A stretch of 55,408 nucleotides of DNA, counting the filler, from Jimgerdemannia flammicorona (lineage: Eukaryota): NCBI GenBank assembly GCA_003990765.1. It is 2 parts of 2 records of this genome, joined end to end, with 100 filler letters (N's around TTAATTAATTAA, not from the genome) between each part and the next. Parts side by side here need not be neighbours in the genome. Positions count along the whole stretch, not along the records: positions 1 to 27,658 come from RBNJ01000614.1; positions 27,759 to 55,408 come from RBNJ01000615.1. One strand, 5' to 3'. The notes under the pieces were generated by a model that worked only from the letters and a program-made list of their open reading frames with translations, did not search any database and had not been told where the DNA came from. Below are positions 24,901 through 38,165 of the stretch, piece by piece (position 1 is the stretch's first letter; each line of letters opens with the position of its first letter). The translations under genes and the position numbers were made by a program.

Positions 24901-27658
24901 GAGGGTTTATTGGAGAGGAGCTAGTAGAGAGGCTGGGAGGCAGAGAAGAAAGCAAGTACAGTGTGCTTCTGATAGGCTGATTAGATTGCAGATGGAGTGG
25001 GCCAAGTTGCGTTGCTCTGAAGCAGTGGAGGATTGGAGGTTGGAGCAGGCAAAATTGGAGATAGTAGAGCCACAACATATATTGCGAGCTGAGGAGGAGA
25101 TTCACATTAAAGGAATGGCTGCCAGACTACAGTGGCAGGGAATTGAGGAGAGGGAGTGGCCCACTAGGTACCTGTTAAGGCTCCTCCAAGCTAGAAGAGT
25201 GCAACACCAATGGCATGGGGTCTCGGATGCCAAGGGAGATATGGTGCATGGCATGCAACAGATCTTGGGAGTACTGAAGGAAAGATGGAGGGGTCTGTGG
25301 AGTGAGGAGGAAGGGGGTGCTGATGAAGAGATGATTGAAGACTCACTGGAGGAGTGGGGGCTGCCACAGGTAGAAGGACTGGATAATTTGATCTTACCAG
25401 TCCAAGTGGAGGAAATCCAGAGAGTTCTTGTAGCAACTAAGCTGGGGACAGCGCCTGGTGAGGATGGGCTACCTTAGGACTTCTGGAAGAAATGGCACAG
25501 ATCCCTGGAGTGTTAGGAGAGATGGCTGCTCTATGTGACTATGTTCTTCTAAATGGCAAGTGGGTTGGAGAGCAGGACTTGGGGCTGGTGGCCTTATTGT
25601 ACAAAGATAAGGGGAGGAGGGAGGACTGGAAGAACTGGAGGCCAATCATGCTTCTGGATATGGACAGGAAGATGGTGACTAAGGTGATTGTTCCAAGGCT
25701 TCAGTAGGTTGCCCAACAGGTGCTAGGTGAGGAGCAGCAGGGCTTTGTAGGAGGCAGGCTTATCAGGGATGGAACTGCCTGGGTGCATGGCATCATTGAA
25801 GGGGCCAGGGATTGCAGACTGGATGGTAGATTGGTCTTTTTGGACCAGGAGAAGGTCTATGACTGTGTTTGGCAGGTTTGGCTAGACAAGATGCTGGACA
25901 GAATTGGTGTTCCCCTGTGGTTTCAGGCTTCTATATTGAATTTGTTGGAGGGTAGTAGGGCAGTGCTAATGTGTAATAGTCACCATGGTTTGGTATTTTC
26001 CTTGGGAAGAGGAGTTCCTCAGAGAGACCCACTGTCTCCTATTCTTTATGCTCTCTCATTAGAACCTTTGATGGATAGGATACATCAGAGGGTGGCAGGG
26101 CTCTCTGTGTATGGTGTGGTGTAGAAGATGGGGGCTTTTGCGGATAATATAGTAGTTGGACTTAGATCAGAGGCAGATGTTGAGGCACTTAAGGCAACAG
26201 TGGAATGGTATGAGGCACACTCTGGGGCAAAACTCAACTGGCATAAGTTTGAGACAATGGTGTTAGGGAATGGGCTAGTGGGAGAGGACATTATTGGAAC
26301 AATTGTCCCCACAGGAGAGGTGGTGCAGTATTTGGGCATCTTTCTTTCAATATATAGTTCTGTCTTGCCTCGAGTGTGGTGGTAGAGGAGAGTGGCCATT
26401 TGGGGGGAGGCTCTTAGAGGTTGGGGGGGTCGCCACATCTCCCTGGCAGGGCAGGTGTCGATTCTGAATGTCTACTGGTTCCCCAAACTATGGCATGTGG
26501 CCTATCACTTAGATTTCCCAGCTTGGGTAGTGAGGAGACTGACAAAACTGGCTAGGGATTGGATTTGGGCAGAGAGGAGGTCCCAGATCAGTTGGGATAC
26601 TCTTGCAACATTGGTGGTTAGGGGAGGACTAGGCCTTGTGGATTTCCCTAAGTGGCTGTACTGCCTGCAAGTCTGGTGGTTGAAGAGAGCTGTTAAACTG
26701 CAGGGAGGAGGTTGGGTGCCACTGATGCAGAAGGTGTGGGAGATGAGGTACTCTCCTTGGGGTCCTCAGGAGATTTACTCTCTCTGGTAGACCAGACTGG
26801 AAGCTAATGGCTACAGTATAAGGGTTTCTGGTGGAGGGTGGTAGAGGGAGCACACCAGATAGTCCTGCACTGATGAGGAAACAAGGGGGAGGTGCTTGGG
26901 AGTCCAGCTATATGGAGGTAAGACAGACTCCTTCTGGAGGGTATTCCACTTGCTGAGTTTGATATTAGTGATGGGGTGGAGTGTCAGTGAGGACTTGGCC
27001 AGGATCTTTGGCTGAGTAGTTGGCAGGTGGTGGGGATTGGCAAGGAGTGGGACTGGGCAGGAGTCTGGTCATGGAGTGCTGAGGTGCAGAGGTGGCTTCC
27101 TCCGAAGTTCTGGGTAGTATAGGGGCAGATGCTGAGGAGGAATGTCATGCTAAATTTCTGTACTAAGTATCTGGTGGATGGTGGCCAATTTGATTGTGAG
27201 GAGTGTTACAATGTAGGGCAAGTTGGGGGATTTGTACAAATACCAGAACATTGGCTAGGAGGGTGTGAAGTTCTTGGGGACTTTTGGATAGCAGTAGGGG
27301 ACCAGCTGGGTGTGGTGAGGAGGCTGGATGGAGAGAGAGATCACTGGGAGGATTTGAAATCTCGTTTAGTGGGGGGGGTTGGGAATGGTTGGCTTACTAT
27401 AGGGTGGGTTTTAGCAGTGTGGGTAGGGCTGGCTGGACATTGGCTCTTTGTTTTTGAGGAGGGACACCAGATAGGTGTCCAGGAGAAGTTGTTAAGGTGG
27501 GAGGGGTTGTTGAGTGATTTGCTGACTGGGTGGTGGGTTGGTTGAAGTCCCCAGGGTGGGCAACATTGCCAACTGGTGGAAGGGATTTGTGAACAGAGTG
27601 GTGGGTGAGTGGTGCTGGTGTCTGACAAAGTAGTCTTTCATTGTGAGGGAGTGGGGGG
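21934..27658 (+). mobile_element. Near full-length degenerate L1/Tx1-like LINE (ORF1 ~22000-24020; ORF2 ~24050-27650), 3' end lost in the gap
   Basis: ORF2 motifs FFSLNV, GGDFNMV, RIDWIL, WSDH, WHLNSSLL, TAPGEDGLP, NWRPIMLL, GVPQRDPLSP, FADN, YLGI, and C-terminal CEEC...EHWLGGC. Confidence 0.93.
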
Positions 27659-27758
27659 NNNNNNNNNNNNNNNNNNNNNNNNNNNNNNNNNNNNNNNNNN
27701 NNTTAATTAATTAANNNNNNNNNNNNNNNNNNNNNNNNNNNNNNNNNNNNNNNNNNNN
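27659..27758. other. Assembly gap/artificial contig spacer
   Basis: 44 N + TTAATTAATTAA (27703-27714, stop codons in all six frames) + 44 N = exactly 100 bp. Confidence 0.97.
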
Positions 27759-29080
27759 GCAGCAATTTTCTGGTATCGTGGAACACTGGGAAGCCTGGTG
27801 CGCCGACCACGCCAACCCCGCAACTTACTCAAATCGAATTTGGTACTCTATATAATAAAAGTATCGATTCGGAAAGAACAAAGACGATGGTCTAACGGAG
27901 TGGTCTACCAAGCGGAGGGCCTCACCACGATCAAAGTGCTTGCCAAGGACGATTGCGACACCGAAGGACTAAGGGATCCCCGTGCAGAGGTAGACCTCAA
28001 CTATCTCAATATTCTCGGCGCGATTGATGACGACCATCGAATCATGCTGGTTATTGGACCGTGTGGACGAGAATCTGCGTTCGACTCTACACCGCGAGAT
28101 ATTTGTTCACGATGTATACCCGCAGATTCTGGTAACGGGCCGCATTTTGCACTCTTTGAATCTGCAGCACAACGACATCAAGTGCAGCAATTATCTGGTA
28201 TCGTGGAACACTGGGAGGCCCGTGGTGAGCCTGGTGCGCCGACCACGCCAACCCCGCAACTTACTCAAGTCGAATTTGGTATTCTATATAATAAAAGTAT
28301 CGATTCGGAAAGAACCAAGACGAGGGTCGAACGGAGTGGTCTACTAAGCAGAAGGCCCCACCGGGAGAGTCGCGATCAAAATGCTGGTCAAGGACGACTG
28401 CGACACCAAGGGAATAAGGGACCTCCTTGCAGAGGTAGACCGCAACTATCTCAACATTCTCGGCGCGATTGAGGACGATCACCGAATAATGCTTGTTATG
28501 GACTGTGTGGATGAGGATCTGCGCTCAACTTTACACCGCGATATATACCCGCAGATTCTGGGTGCCGTCGGCGTTTTGCACTCACAGAAATGCAACACAA
28601 CGATAGCAAATGTGGAAATTTCCCGGACTGGGAGGCCCGTGGTGAGCCTGGCTGATTTGGGGTTTGCGGGATCGCCCGAATGGCAGAAAAGAGAAGGGAT
28701 TTAGGGTTTTCTCGATCACCGCAAGAGCAGTCCTAGGAAAGAGCGTTTTCTTTCAGCTCCCGACCATACATGAGCTCGGAGATTCTTTCGGACGGGTCGG
28801 CAAACTGGCGACCGTTTTCCGGCGACGTTTGGGCTCTCGGAATTATGTTTTTGAGTTGGCTAACGGTTCCAGGCCTTGGAAGGAGGGACGCAACGATGAT
28901 CCCGAATATAAGGAGTTCCTACACCACCGGCGCAGATTTATGAGTCGCACAACACTCCCCTAGACTACATGCATCTCGCCCTTTAACCTAACGCCAGCCG
29001 CTGCAGGGTATCCGGACGTTGGTGAAGCGCTTCAAGTCAATGTATGCAATTTTGTCATTCTGTTCGAGATGAGATAGAGA
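27759..29080 (+). pseudogene. Ser/Thr protein kinase pseudogene with a tandemly duplicated N-terminal half (Ran1/Ksp1-like C-lobe)
   Basis: RGSNGVVY (G-loop), VAIKML, QHNDIKCSNYL (catalytic loop), LADLGFA, DVWALGI and GSRPWKEG are spread over shifting frames. The repeat period is 425 bp (27759 vs 28184). Confidence 0.8.
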
Positions 29081-29949
29081 GGTGGCATCGCTTGGAGCCA
29101 GATGAAATCCCTGCCGCACCCATCGATAAAGCTGCAGAAATTCCGATGAAGACCGGGAATACCGTTTTATTGCACAAGATAATTTTTATATTAGGAGTTG
29201 TTTCATACAAATGTTTCTAAGTGTATCCTGAATAACCCGAATGGTTCCTAATGCATAAATCTACCTTATTTCATTCCTATTGCTCACCAGGGTCCTGTCG
29301 TCTTCGGTAATATGGAGAATACCGCACGTTGCAACCTGGGACGCGAAAGAATATCCAATATGGTATGAACCTGGCGCTCCACGCAATATCCCCATAAAAT
29401 TCAACGACGTCATCGTCCCTGCACTCATCATTCCCCTCTCACGCAAAAAACATGTCTTCCGACCACGAGTGAAGCTCGGGAACTTCCGCAAAAGATCGAA
29501 AACGCTGTTCCTATGCATTAGGTAATTTATTATTCAGAAATTGTTTCGTATCAGGCCGGTTTTTTTTTTTTTTTTTTTTTTGAATATATTAGTTATTAGA
29601 TGTTCTTTTTGCATCCCATCATAACCAGGTTGAAACACGACGGCGTTATCCACTTGCATCGAGCACCAAGTTCAAGTTTATACCAGCTATTGGATGTTCT
29701 TTCGTATCCCCATCCTGAGCATGAGAAGGTTGAAACACGACTGCATTCTCCTTATTACCCAGGACGACAGGACCCTGGAAATCAATCGAAAAGAGGTAAG
29801 GCATAGGAACTATGGGTTATTCACGATACACTTGTCCGAGACGAGATGATTCCCTAATATAAAAATTACCTTGTGCAGTGTTCGTCTTCATCGGAGATTC
29901 GGGAGCTTTATCGATTGTTGCGACAGGGATTGCACCTCGCGCAAAGCAA

Positions 29950-30300
29950 TGCTCCTTCTCAATCCCAACTAGGACAGATTGAGGTACTGCATCGAACGAC
30001 TTGAAGTGCTTCACCAACGGGCCGGATGTCCTTTCGGTGACTGGTGTTAGATTTCAGGGCGAGAAGCATAAAGTCTATGGCTGCGGTGGTCAACTTGTGA
30101 GACCTAAAAACCTGCAAGAACTCCTTATATTCGGGCTCATTGTCACGCGCCTCCTTCCAAGGCCTGGAACCGGTAACCAACTCGAAAAACATTATTCCGA
30201 GTGCCCAAACGTCGCCGAAAAAGGTCTCCAGTTTGCAGACTCGTCCGAAGGGATCTCCGGACTCATGTAAGGGACCGGGAGCCGAAGTAAAACACTCCTT
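29950..30300 (-). pseudogene. Kinase C-lobe fragment (inverted duplicate)
   Basis: GDVWALGIMFFELVTGSRPWKEARDNEPEYKEFL in ORF 29959..30339; no N-lobe or catalytic loop upstream. Confidence 0.8.
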
Positions 30301-30432
30301 CCTTGGTCTGCTCCTGCGGCCAGCGAGCAAAGAACACAAGCGCGACGAACTCTACAATTTCAGGAATCTGTGAAAAAATACATGTATATATGTTGTATCA
30401 AGTTCATAAATAATAAATATTCATATATGTAT

Positions 30433-31777
30433 TGTAACGTGCCGGCTCAATGGAGGCAAATTACAAGGTTGGGGGTTGATGTAGTTTGGCTTGAGCCCTC
30501 AGTTACTTTGTCAAAAAAACAATAAAATATTCTAAGATTCCTTGTTGGTGTTTAGTGGTATAATAGTCAATCTGGATACAATAGTTGATTTCCTTATTAG
30601 GATGGTTCTTGGGTGTAGTGGTGATTTGTGTGTGGTGCAGGCAATCTGTATGATAGTTTCTGTGCAGTGCCGTGGTTTCCTTATGTGGGATGGTCTGGTA
30701 ATTTAGTAGTTTCCTTCCTGAGTATTGGGTGATCTCTGTGTAGTATGACAATCTTCAAAAGTATGTGATTTCTGCAGATAACTTGATTTGGCACAGATTC
30801 TCCTGAATCAGCAAACTTCTTGAATAACTTGGATAACTCAGGTGGATAATTCAGATAACTCAGGCAGATAATTCAGATAACTTAGATAACTCAAAAATAG
30901 TGAATAATGCAGATTCCTCCTAAATCAGCAGATTCCTCCTGAATCAGCAGATTTCTGGGAAATAACTTGAATGGTGTAGATATCTCAGATAATGCAGATT
31001 CTTCCTAAATCAGCAGGTTTCTGGAAATGATAGATAACTTGATAACTCAGATAGCTTGAATGGCAGATTCTTAGTAAGTTACATTAAAGACTAGCTTCAT
31101 TTATACAGGATTATATCAGATGGACTGGCTCCACTGCAAAGTTATATCAGATAGACTGGCTTATGGCAAGGTTTCTTAAGACAGGCTCTCTGGAAATAGC
31201 AAATGGTACAGATTCTTTCTGAACTGGCAGACTTCTTAAATAACTTGGATTTTCTTCTCTTAGCAAAGTTATATCAAAGACTGACTTTATTTGTATAAAT
31301 AAGTATATTGCAAAGTTGCATTGAAAGACTGACTTTATAATAAGAGAGACTTCTTGAAATGATAGCTATTCCTTAGTAGTAGATTACTTAAATAGCAGTT
31401 CTTTCTTAAGTGGCAGATTTTACTCAAATTCTTTAGACTTATCTAGTAAGTAAACTAAAGCTTTATATCAGAAAGAGGACCAGAGTTGAAATATGTTGTG
31501 AATTTCAGACTGAGGTTTATTCACACTTATCTCTGGAGTATTTTATATAGTTGTAGTTACTATCTAGTTACTATATTACTAATTATAGATTGCTATCTAT
31601 AATAAGTATTTTTGGATAATATAGTATACTGGACCAGTATAGATAAATATACTGTTTCTGATATCTCTGGCTAATTATACAGATTGGTACAGTAAAGCAG
31701 TCTTGATTGCTTAGTGTACTAGATATAGTATATAGCTAATTTATGATTTTGGTAGTATAATTCTACTGCTTGTCATA
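30433..31777 (-). repeat. 3' LTR of the minus-strand Gypsy copy (1345 bp)
   Basis: Minus strand TATGACAAGC...GCCGGCACGTTACA, homologous to the other LTRs with expanded internal short repeats. Confidence 0.88.
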
Positions 31778-32663
31778 TCAGCTCTCACTAAAGAATGGTC
31801 TGTCCTCAGACTATCTTTTGGTCATCATTACAATATATATAAGTATCTTCAGCATCAATATCTGAACTATTATCTTCATTTGGATTAGAGTCACTCTATT
31901 TAACAAGTTCTTCTTCTTTCTCTAAGAACAGGATTTTGATATAGTTAATAATACTCAGATAGATAATAGGATTTATTTGTTATATATCATTTAGAAAGAA
32001 CTATGCCTATATCAGTACTGGGATATTCATTTGTAGATTGTATATAATCTGTTTATAGCAGTGGTGTTTTTCTAAGTTAGATCAGTGGAGTTTCTGATGT
32101 AGATTAGGTCTGGGACTGGAAGGTTCTGTAACTGCTCTCTAATTATATAGTAGACCTATAGCTAGTGGACTTGCAGTAAATGTCTGACCAGAGTGAGATT
32201 CTTCTGATAGATCTGAATCCATTGGAGGGGATTTTCATTGGCTTGGCAAAATTGGTATAAGAAAACTAGAAGTAATTAGAATGAACTCAGGATAAGAGTT
32301 TAGAGATACTGATCAATTGTCTAGTTTATAGTATAGAGAGAGATATATCTTGAAGCAGTTGATATATACTTGTATTCTCAGAGTTCATCTATCAATACTT
32401 CTTAAATAGATGCTGGTTCCTCTGATATTGTACACAAGATAAGATTCTTCCCATTTGGGCTCCAGTTTTATAGCAAAGTTTATTTCAATCATACTTCTCC
32501 AAACTAGTACTTGATCTCCAATCTTGATCTTCTAATCTTTCTACTTCTAGTCATAGTACTTCTTTTGTCTCTCTTGAGTCTTGGTAATCTGAACTCATAC
32601 TTGATTATGTAACTATTCTGCCTTCTTGAAGAGGTCTTTGAGGTTCTTATAGTCAGTAGTTCT

Positions 32664-32763
<100 letters not shown>

Positions 32764-35314
32764 TAGTTCTAGTTTTCTTAGCAAACATCATCTCAAAGGG
32801 CTTTTATTTGGTAGAAGAAGCAGGAGTGTTCCAAACTTCTCATAGGATCTTAGGTAAGTAGAGGTTCTAGTTAGTAGGATTGACTTGAGCAAGTCCTTTC
32901 TTGATGGTCTATTTTATTTGTTCTATTATACCATTGATCTGAGAGTAGTATAATGTAGTTTATTTGAGATGGATCTTATAAATTCAGGCATAACTTGTGA
33001 TTATATTATTGACGAATTCAGTGCTAAAGTCAGAGATGAGTTCTTCTGAGGGTCCATATATGAGTGTGAGTCAATAGAGGAGACCTATAATAGTCAAGAT
33101 ATTTGTGATTTCTATTAGAAAAGCTTTAGGCCACTTGGTCAGATATTTTACAAATACTAAGATATATTTATTTCTTTTTGATATAACTGATAGAGGTCCA
33201 ATTATATCTACTCTTCATCTCTAAAAGATATTGTCTAGTAGTATAATTGGTTGTAGTAATACTTGATAATTCTTTCTTCCTTAGTACTTCTAATAGATAT
33301 CACATTTCTTAAGTATGTCTCAGACTTATGTTTTGAGATTAGGTTAATATTGATATATTTTTCACAATTTTCTTTTATATTTGCCTGTCTTTAATAGGCT
33401 TTCTGATGTCCTTTTTAGATGAGATCTTCTTATGCTTTGACAGTCTGAGGAGCTTCCTTTAGGATACAGTTTCTTAGTATACATATCCTTCTTCTGGTTC
33501 ATTAGAGTTGGTAGAAAAGTATATCAATATTGTTGTGAGTTTTCTCTACTTTGTAGATGATAGTAATTTTGTAATCCTAAAGAATAAGGATCTAGTGGGC
33601 TAGAATTCCAGTAGGTTTCTTATAGTTAAATAGCTATTTGAGAACTATATGGTCAGTTATCAGGATGAACCTTTTTTTAATAAGATAATGTTTGAATAGA
33701 GTAACTGCCCATATGACTATAAGATATTCTAATTTGGTACTACCATAGTTAGTTTGTTACTAATTGATTGCTCAGCTTGCATAAGTTATTACATAATACT
33801 GTTGGTCAGATCTTTCTTAGGCTAGAACTGCTCCAAGGCTATCTTTGGAGATATCTATATATAGAATGAATAACTTATGTAGATTGGGCCAGATAAAGAT
33901 TAGTACTATGATCAGTGCTTGAGTTCTTTAAAGGTTTTTTCTTGAAATTCTGTTCATTTATAAGATACTTCTTTCTTGAGAAGGATTCAAATTGAGACAG
34001 AAATTTAGGCAAAGTCTTTGATGAATCTTCTGTAATAAGATACCAATATTAGAAATGATAGTATTTCCTTTGGGGTCTTGAGTACTAGCCAATTGTTGAT
34101 CTTCTCAGTTTTCTTTGGGTCTGTATGAGTTCCTTCTTTCAAAACTATAAATCTAATGAATTTAAGTTTATATTTCCCAAAGTAGCATTTCTTGGTATTG
34201 AGCCTCAGGTGATTCTTATAGATAAGCTTAAAGAATTCTTTTAGATAGTATAGATATTCCTCAAAATTTGCTGAATAGATATTTAAATCATCTATATATA
34301 CAATTAGACAGTAGTAGATCAGTGGACTATAGATTGAGTTCATCATTCTCTAGAAGGTGAGTGGTATATTGTAGAGTCTAAAGGACATTCAGAGATACTT
34401 GAACAGTTTTCTTAGAACTAGAAAGACTGTCTTCTGAATGTCTTTGAGATCTATAGAGATCTTATAGAATTCTGCAAAAAGGTCCATACTGCTGAAGTAT
34501 CTGATATCTTATAACTAGTCCAAAAGGTTATTGATTCTGAGCAAAGAATAGACATTCTTCTTAATGACTGAATTGAGTTTCCTATAGTCTATACAAAGTC
34601 TCCATCCTTTTTTCTTTAGTACAATAAGTATAGGCAGACTCAAAGGCTAGTAGAGGGTTAGATGACTTTATTGTCTAAGAGTTCTTAAACATATTTCTTT
34701 TCAAATATCTTTAGATGATGGGATATTCTATAGGATTTCTACCAAATAGGTATTACTTTTTCTGTATTTATATTATAGTAGTATGATGAGTTATATGGCA
34801 GATTACTATAGTCAGTGGTGAAGATATCTTGATACTTAGAGAGGAGTTCTACTAGTTGTTGCTATTGCTGAGGTATCAATTCTTCTTCAATATTAGTGAA
34901 AGGCTTTACTTTCTCTTGGATCACAGAGAGGCCTTTTCTTTCTTCTGAGATCTTTTACTGTTTTCTGATAAGTTTAGCTTATAGACTTCTCTGTAGGTTC
35001 AGTTGAGAAAGAGTACTAGATGTCCTATGATAGTTCTTTTTGGTAAGATAATGCTTTTCAGCTATAGTTGGTTGCTCAGGAGTATACTGGATTCATCTTA
35101 TCAGAGAATATGTACCCCTCAATGTCCAGATTTGAGATATCTTTATTGAGTTTGAAGAAGAGATTTCTGGGGTCAGGTAGTATAAAGATTTTGAGAATAA
35201 TTTGCTCTCCAGACTCCAGAATGAGATTTTTGTGCAGTTTGACTAGTTGGTGATATACTTGCTAAGGGGCATTCTTCTTGAGATAATTGATCTGAAGAAG
35301 ATATACTTCTTCTT

Positions 35315-35690
35315 GTCTGAGCTTCCAAATCCTTCAGTATACCTTGTTCTTTTGGTCAGTTTGGAGACTTCTTATAATTGAAGGGTCTTGACTTTTATGA
35401 AGACTACTTGAGCAATCTTCTGTTCTTTAAAAATTTGATACTATTCTATACTACTATTATATAGGATGATCTTGATTTTATCTGTATATTCTGGATCTAT
35501 GGTTTCTCCTTCTATAGTTACTCCTTGTCTGGCAAGTCCAGACCTTGAGGTCAGTTAGATGTAAGTTCCTTTATTTGGCTATATGGCTAGTTCAGTTCTG
35601 AACACCAATATTCTTCTAGGCTTAATGAGTTTATTTTTTAGACTATAGAGGTCATACCCTATATCTTCTTAGTGAGCTTTAGTCATGGGT
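35315..35690 (-). pseudogene. dut: dUTPase domain of the minus-strand Gypsy copy
   Basis: EDIGYDLYS, SRSGLARQG, TIDPEYTD, EQKIAQVV and EGFGSSD. Confidence 0.88.
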
Positions 35691-36216
35691 TTGGCCTTTG
35701 GATGTAGCAGTACATACTGAGCTAAGTTTAGACTATCTTTGAGCTAAAGCTTTACTGGCAGAAATTCTCCAAGCTCTGAGGTTGAGATGCAGCCTTCTGG
35801 CTCTAGTAGAGAGATCTCAGAGATAATTGATTTCTCTTTTTTCTATAGGGTTTAAGACTTCTATAAAATTAGTAATATCTTCTATCCATACTTGATGAGT
35901 TATATGTCTGATGAGAGCTATGATGTCTTCTCCCAAATTAAAGATCTTGAAAATTCTTCTTTCTGGTTTCTTAGTCTAACTTTTTTTGGATCTGGATTCT
36001 GTTGTCTCTTCTCTTTAGAGTATAGACTACAACATTCTAACTGAGGTGAATCTTTTAGTATCTGCAGTCTTAGCAGTCTGGGTGTCTTCTATGGTTGCAA
36101 TATCCCATTGCTTAAAAATAATATTCCTGGCTATTAATCTCCTATTGTTTTGAGAATCAGTATCCATCTTAGTTATAAGTTGAGAGAAGGGTAACCAAGA
36201 AATATACTTCTGTTTG

Positions 36217-38165
36217 GAAATATATAGAAGATTGAAGTCTTCAGAGATAATATAGTAGTTGGTCTAGATTCAGTTATTGATGTTAAAGTACTGAAAAAGA
36301 TAGTAGAATAATATGAGAAGCACTCTGGGGTAAAGCTTAACTGGTATAAATATAAGATAATAGTATTAGAGAATAAACTGATAGGTGGGGACATTATTGA
36401 AACAATTGTCTCTATAAAGGAAGCTATCAGATATCTGGACATCTTCTTATTAGTATATAGATCTGTCTTACTTAAAGTTTGGTAAGAGAGAAAGATGACT
36501 GAGTGGGGAGAGACCCTTTGAAGCTGAGAGAGATATCATATATCTCTGGCAGAGCAGGTATCAATATTGAATATTTACTAGTTACTAAAGCTATAATATC
36601 TGACTTATTATTTGAATTTTCTAGCCTAAGTAGTGAAGAGGTTTTTGAAGTTGGCTAAGAACTAGATCTGGGCTAGAAAATGATATCACATTAGATGAGA
36701 GATTTTAGCAATACTGGTGAATAGGAGAGGTCATAATTTGGTAGACTTCTCTAGAAGAATGTATTATCTGAGAGCTTGGTGGTTGAAGTGGGCTATTGAA
36801 CTATAAGGTAGTGAGTGAGTACTACTGATGCAGAGGTCTAAGAGAGGGGTTTTTCTCCAGAGGCTCTTCAGATGATCTACTATCATTGGTTAAACTGAGT
36901 AGCAGTAGATACTTATAGTATAAGGGCTTCTGATAGGGGGTGGCTGATAGTGCACATTATATAGAGTTCTACTAAAGGAGTATAAAGAGAGAGATAAATT
37001 GGGATCTAATAATATAAAGATAAAATAGATTACTATTGAGTAGTTTTCTACTAATTGACTTTGACATTAGTACTGAAGTAGAGTACTAAAGGAGAATGGA
37101 TCAGAATTTATAGTCCATGGGCTGATAGATGGCTGAGATTAATAAAGAGTGAGACTGAGCTGGGGTTTGGTCCTAAAGTACAGAGATAGAGTAGTAGCTT
37201 TCTCTAAAGTTCTGGATAGTATAATAGCATTTGTTGTAGAGGAATATCATATTAAATTTTCAGTTAGATCACTTAGTAGCTAAAGGGCTCTTTAAGTATA
37301 AAGAGTATTATAATATTGAGCAAGAGAGGGGTTTGTACAGATATCTGAACATTGGCTAGATGAGTATAAGATACTTGGTAATTTTTGAATAGTAGTTGAG
37401 AATAGTACTCTTAATAAATTGAATCAAAGGTCTAATTCAATTTAAGATTCAATTTGAACTCTATTTTTTGAAATATAATAACTCAATGAAAATATATCCA
37501 AATTTAATGATCTTTAGATTGTTAGATTCCTCTATATAAGAGAGATCTACCAAGCTATAGATTATTAAATTTGGATGTATTTTCATCAAGTTATTATATT
37601 TCTAAAAAAATCTCCAATTTGATTCTATTTGAATGACCCCCAATTTAATTAAATTTGAATTGATTTGATTCATTTGAGAGCACTAGTTGGGAAATATCTG
37701 AGAGTAGTGAGAAGAGAGAATAGTGAGAGAGATAGATAGGATGATTTGAGAGAGAGATTGGTAGACTATATTGATAATAAGTAGCTCACCATTAGGTGGG
37801 TTTTGGCAGTATAGATAGGGCTGACTAGACACTGGTTATATATTTGAAAAAGATAGACAGATGAGTTTAGAGGAGTACTTAGTGAGATAGAAAGAATTAT
37901 TGAGAGATGTTTTGTCTGACTGATGGGTGAGGTAGGGCCCCTAGAGTAGTTATTGCTACTGTCTAGTAGAGAAGATTTGTGAGCAGAGTAGAGAGAGAGT
38001 TGTAATAATTAATAATATAGTGGCCTTTAATTATAGAGAGGTGAGGAGTAGTTCCCTAAGAGAGATTAGTTAGAGAGAGAGATTACTGTAATATATTAAG
38101 TAGTATAGATTAGTTTGATAATAAATAACAGTCTAAAGAACTAAAAAAAAAAAAAAAAAAAAAAA
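36217..38165 (+). mobile_element. 5'-truncated, heavily mutated LINE (RT C-terminus to poly(A))
   Basis: Collinear with 26120-27658 and 15570-17220; AATAAA near 38120 and poly(A) 38143-38165; no TSD found. Confidence 0.88.
37403..37685. mobile_element. hAT-type MITE (283 bp) inserted in a LINE
   Basis: Termini TAGTACTC...GAGCACTA, 8-bp TSD GTTGAGAA/GTTGGGAA and a palindromic core. The LINE sequence resumes after it. Confidence 0.85.

Noticed and set aside
32..27628. Many Ser/Pro/His-rich ORFs in the track (e.g. 2429..3013, 3430..4269, 22518..23072)
   Set aside because: They are antisense or off-frame readings of G-rich LINE and Gypsy sequence, not independent genes.
27703..27714. TTAATTAATTAA as a biological motif
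   Set aside because: It is centred in symmetric N runs and is an assembly linker.
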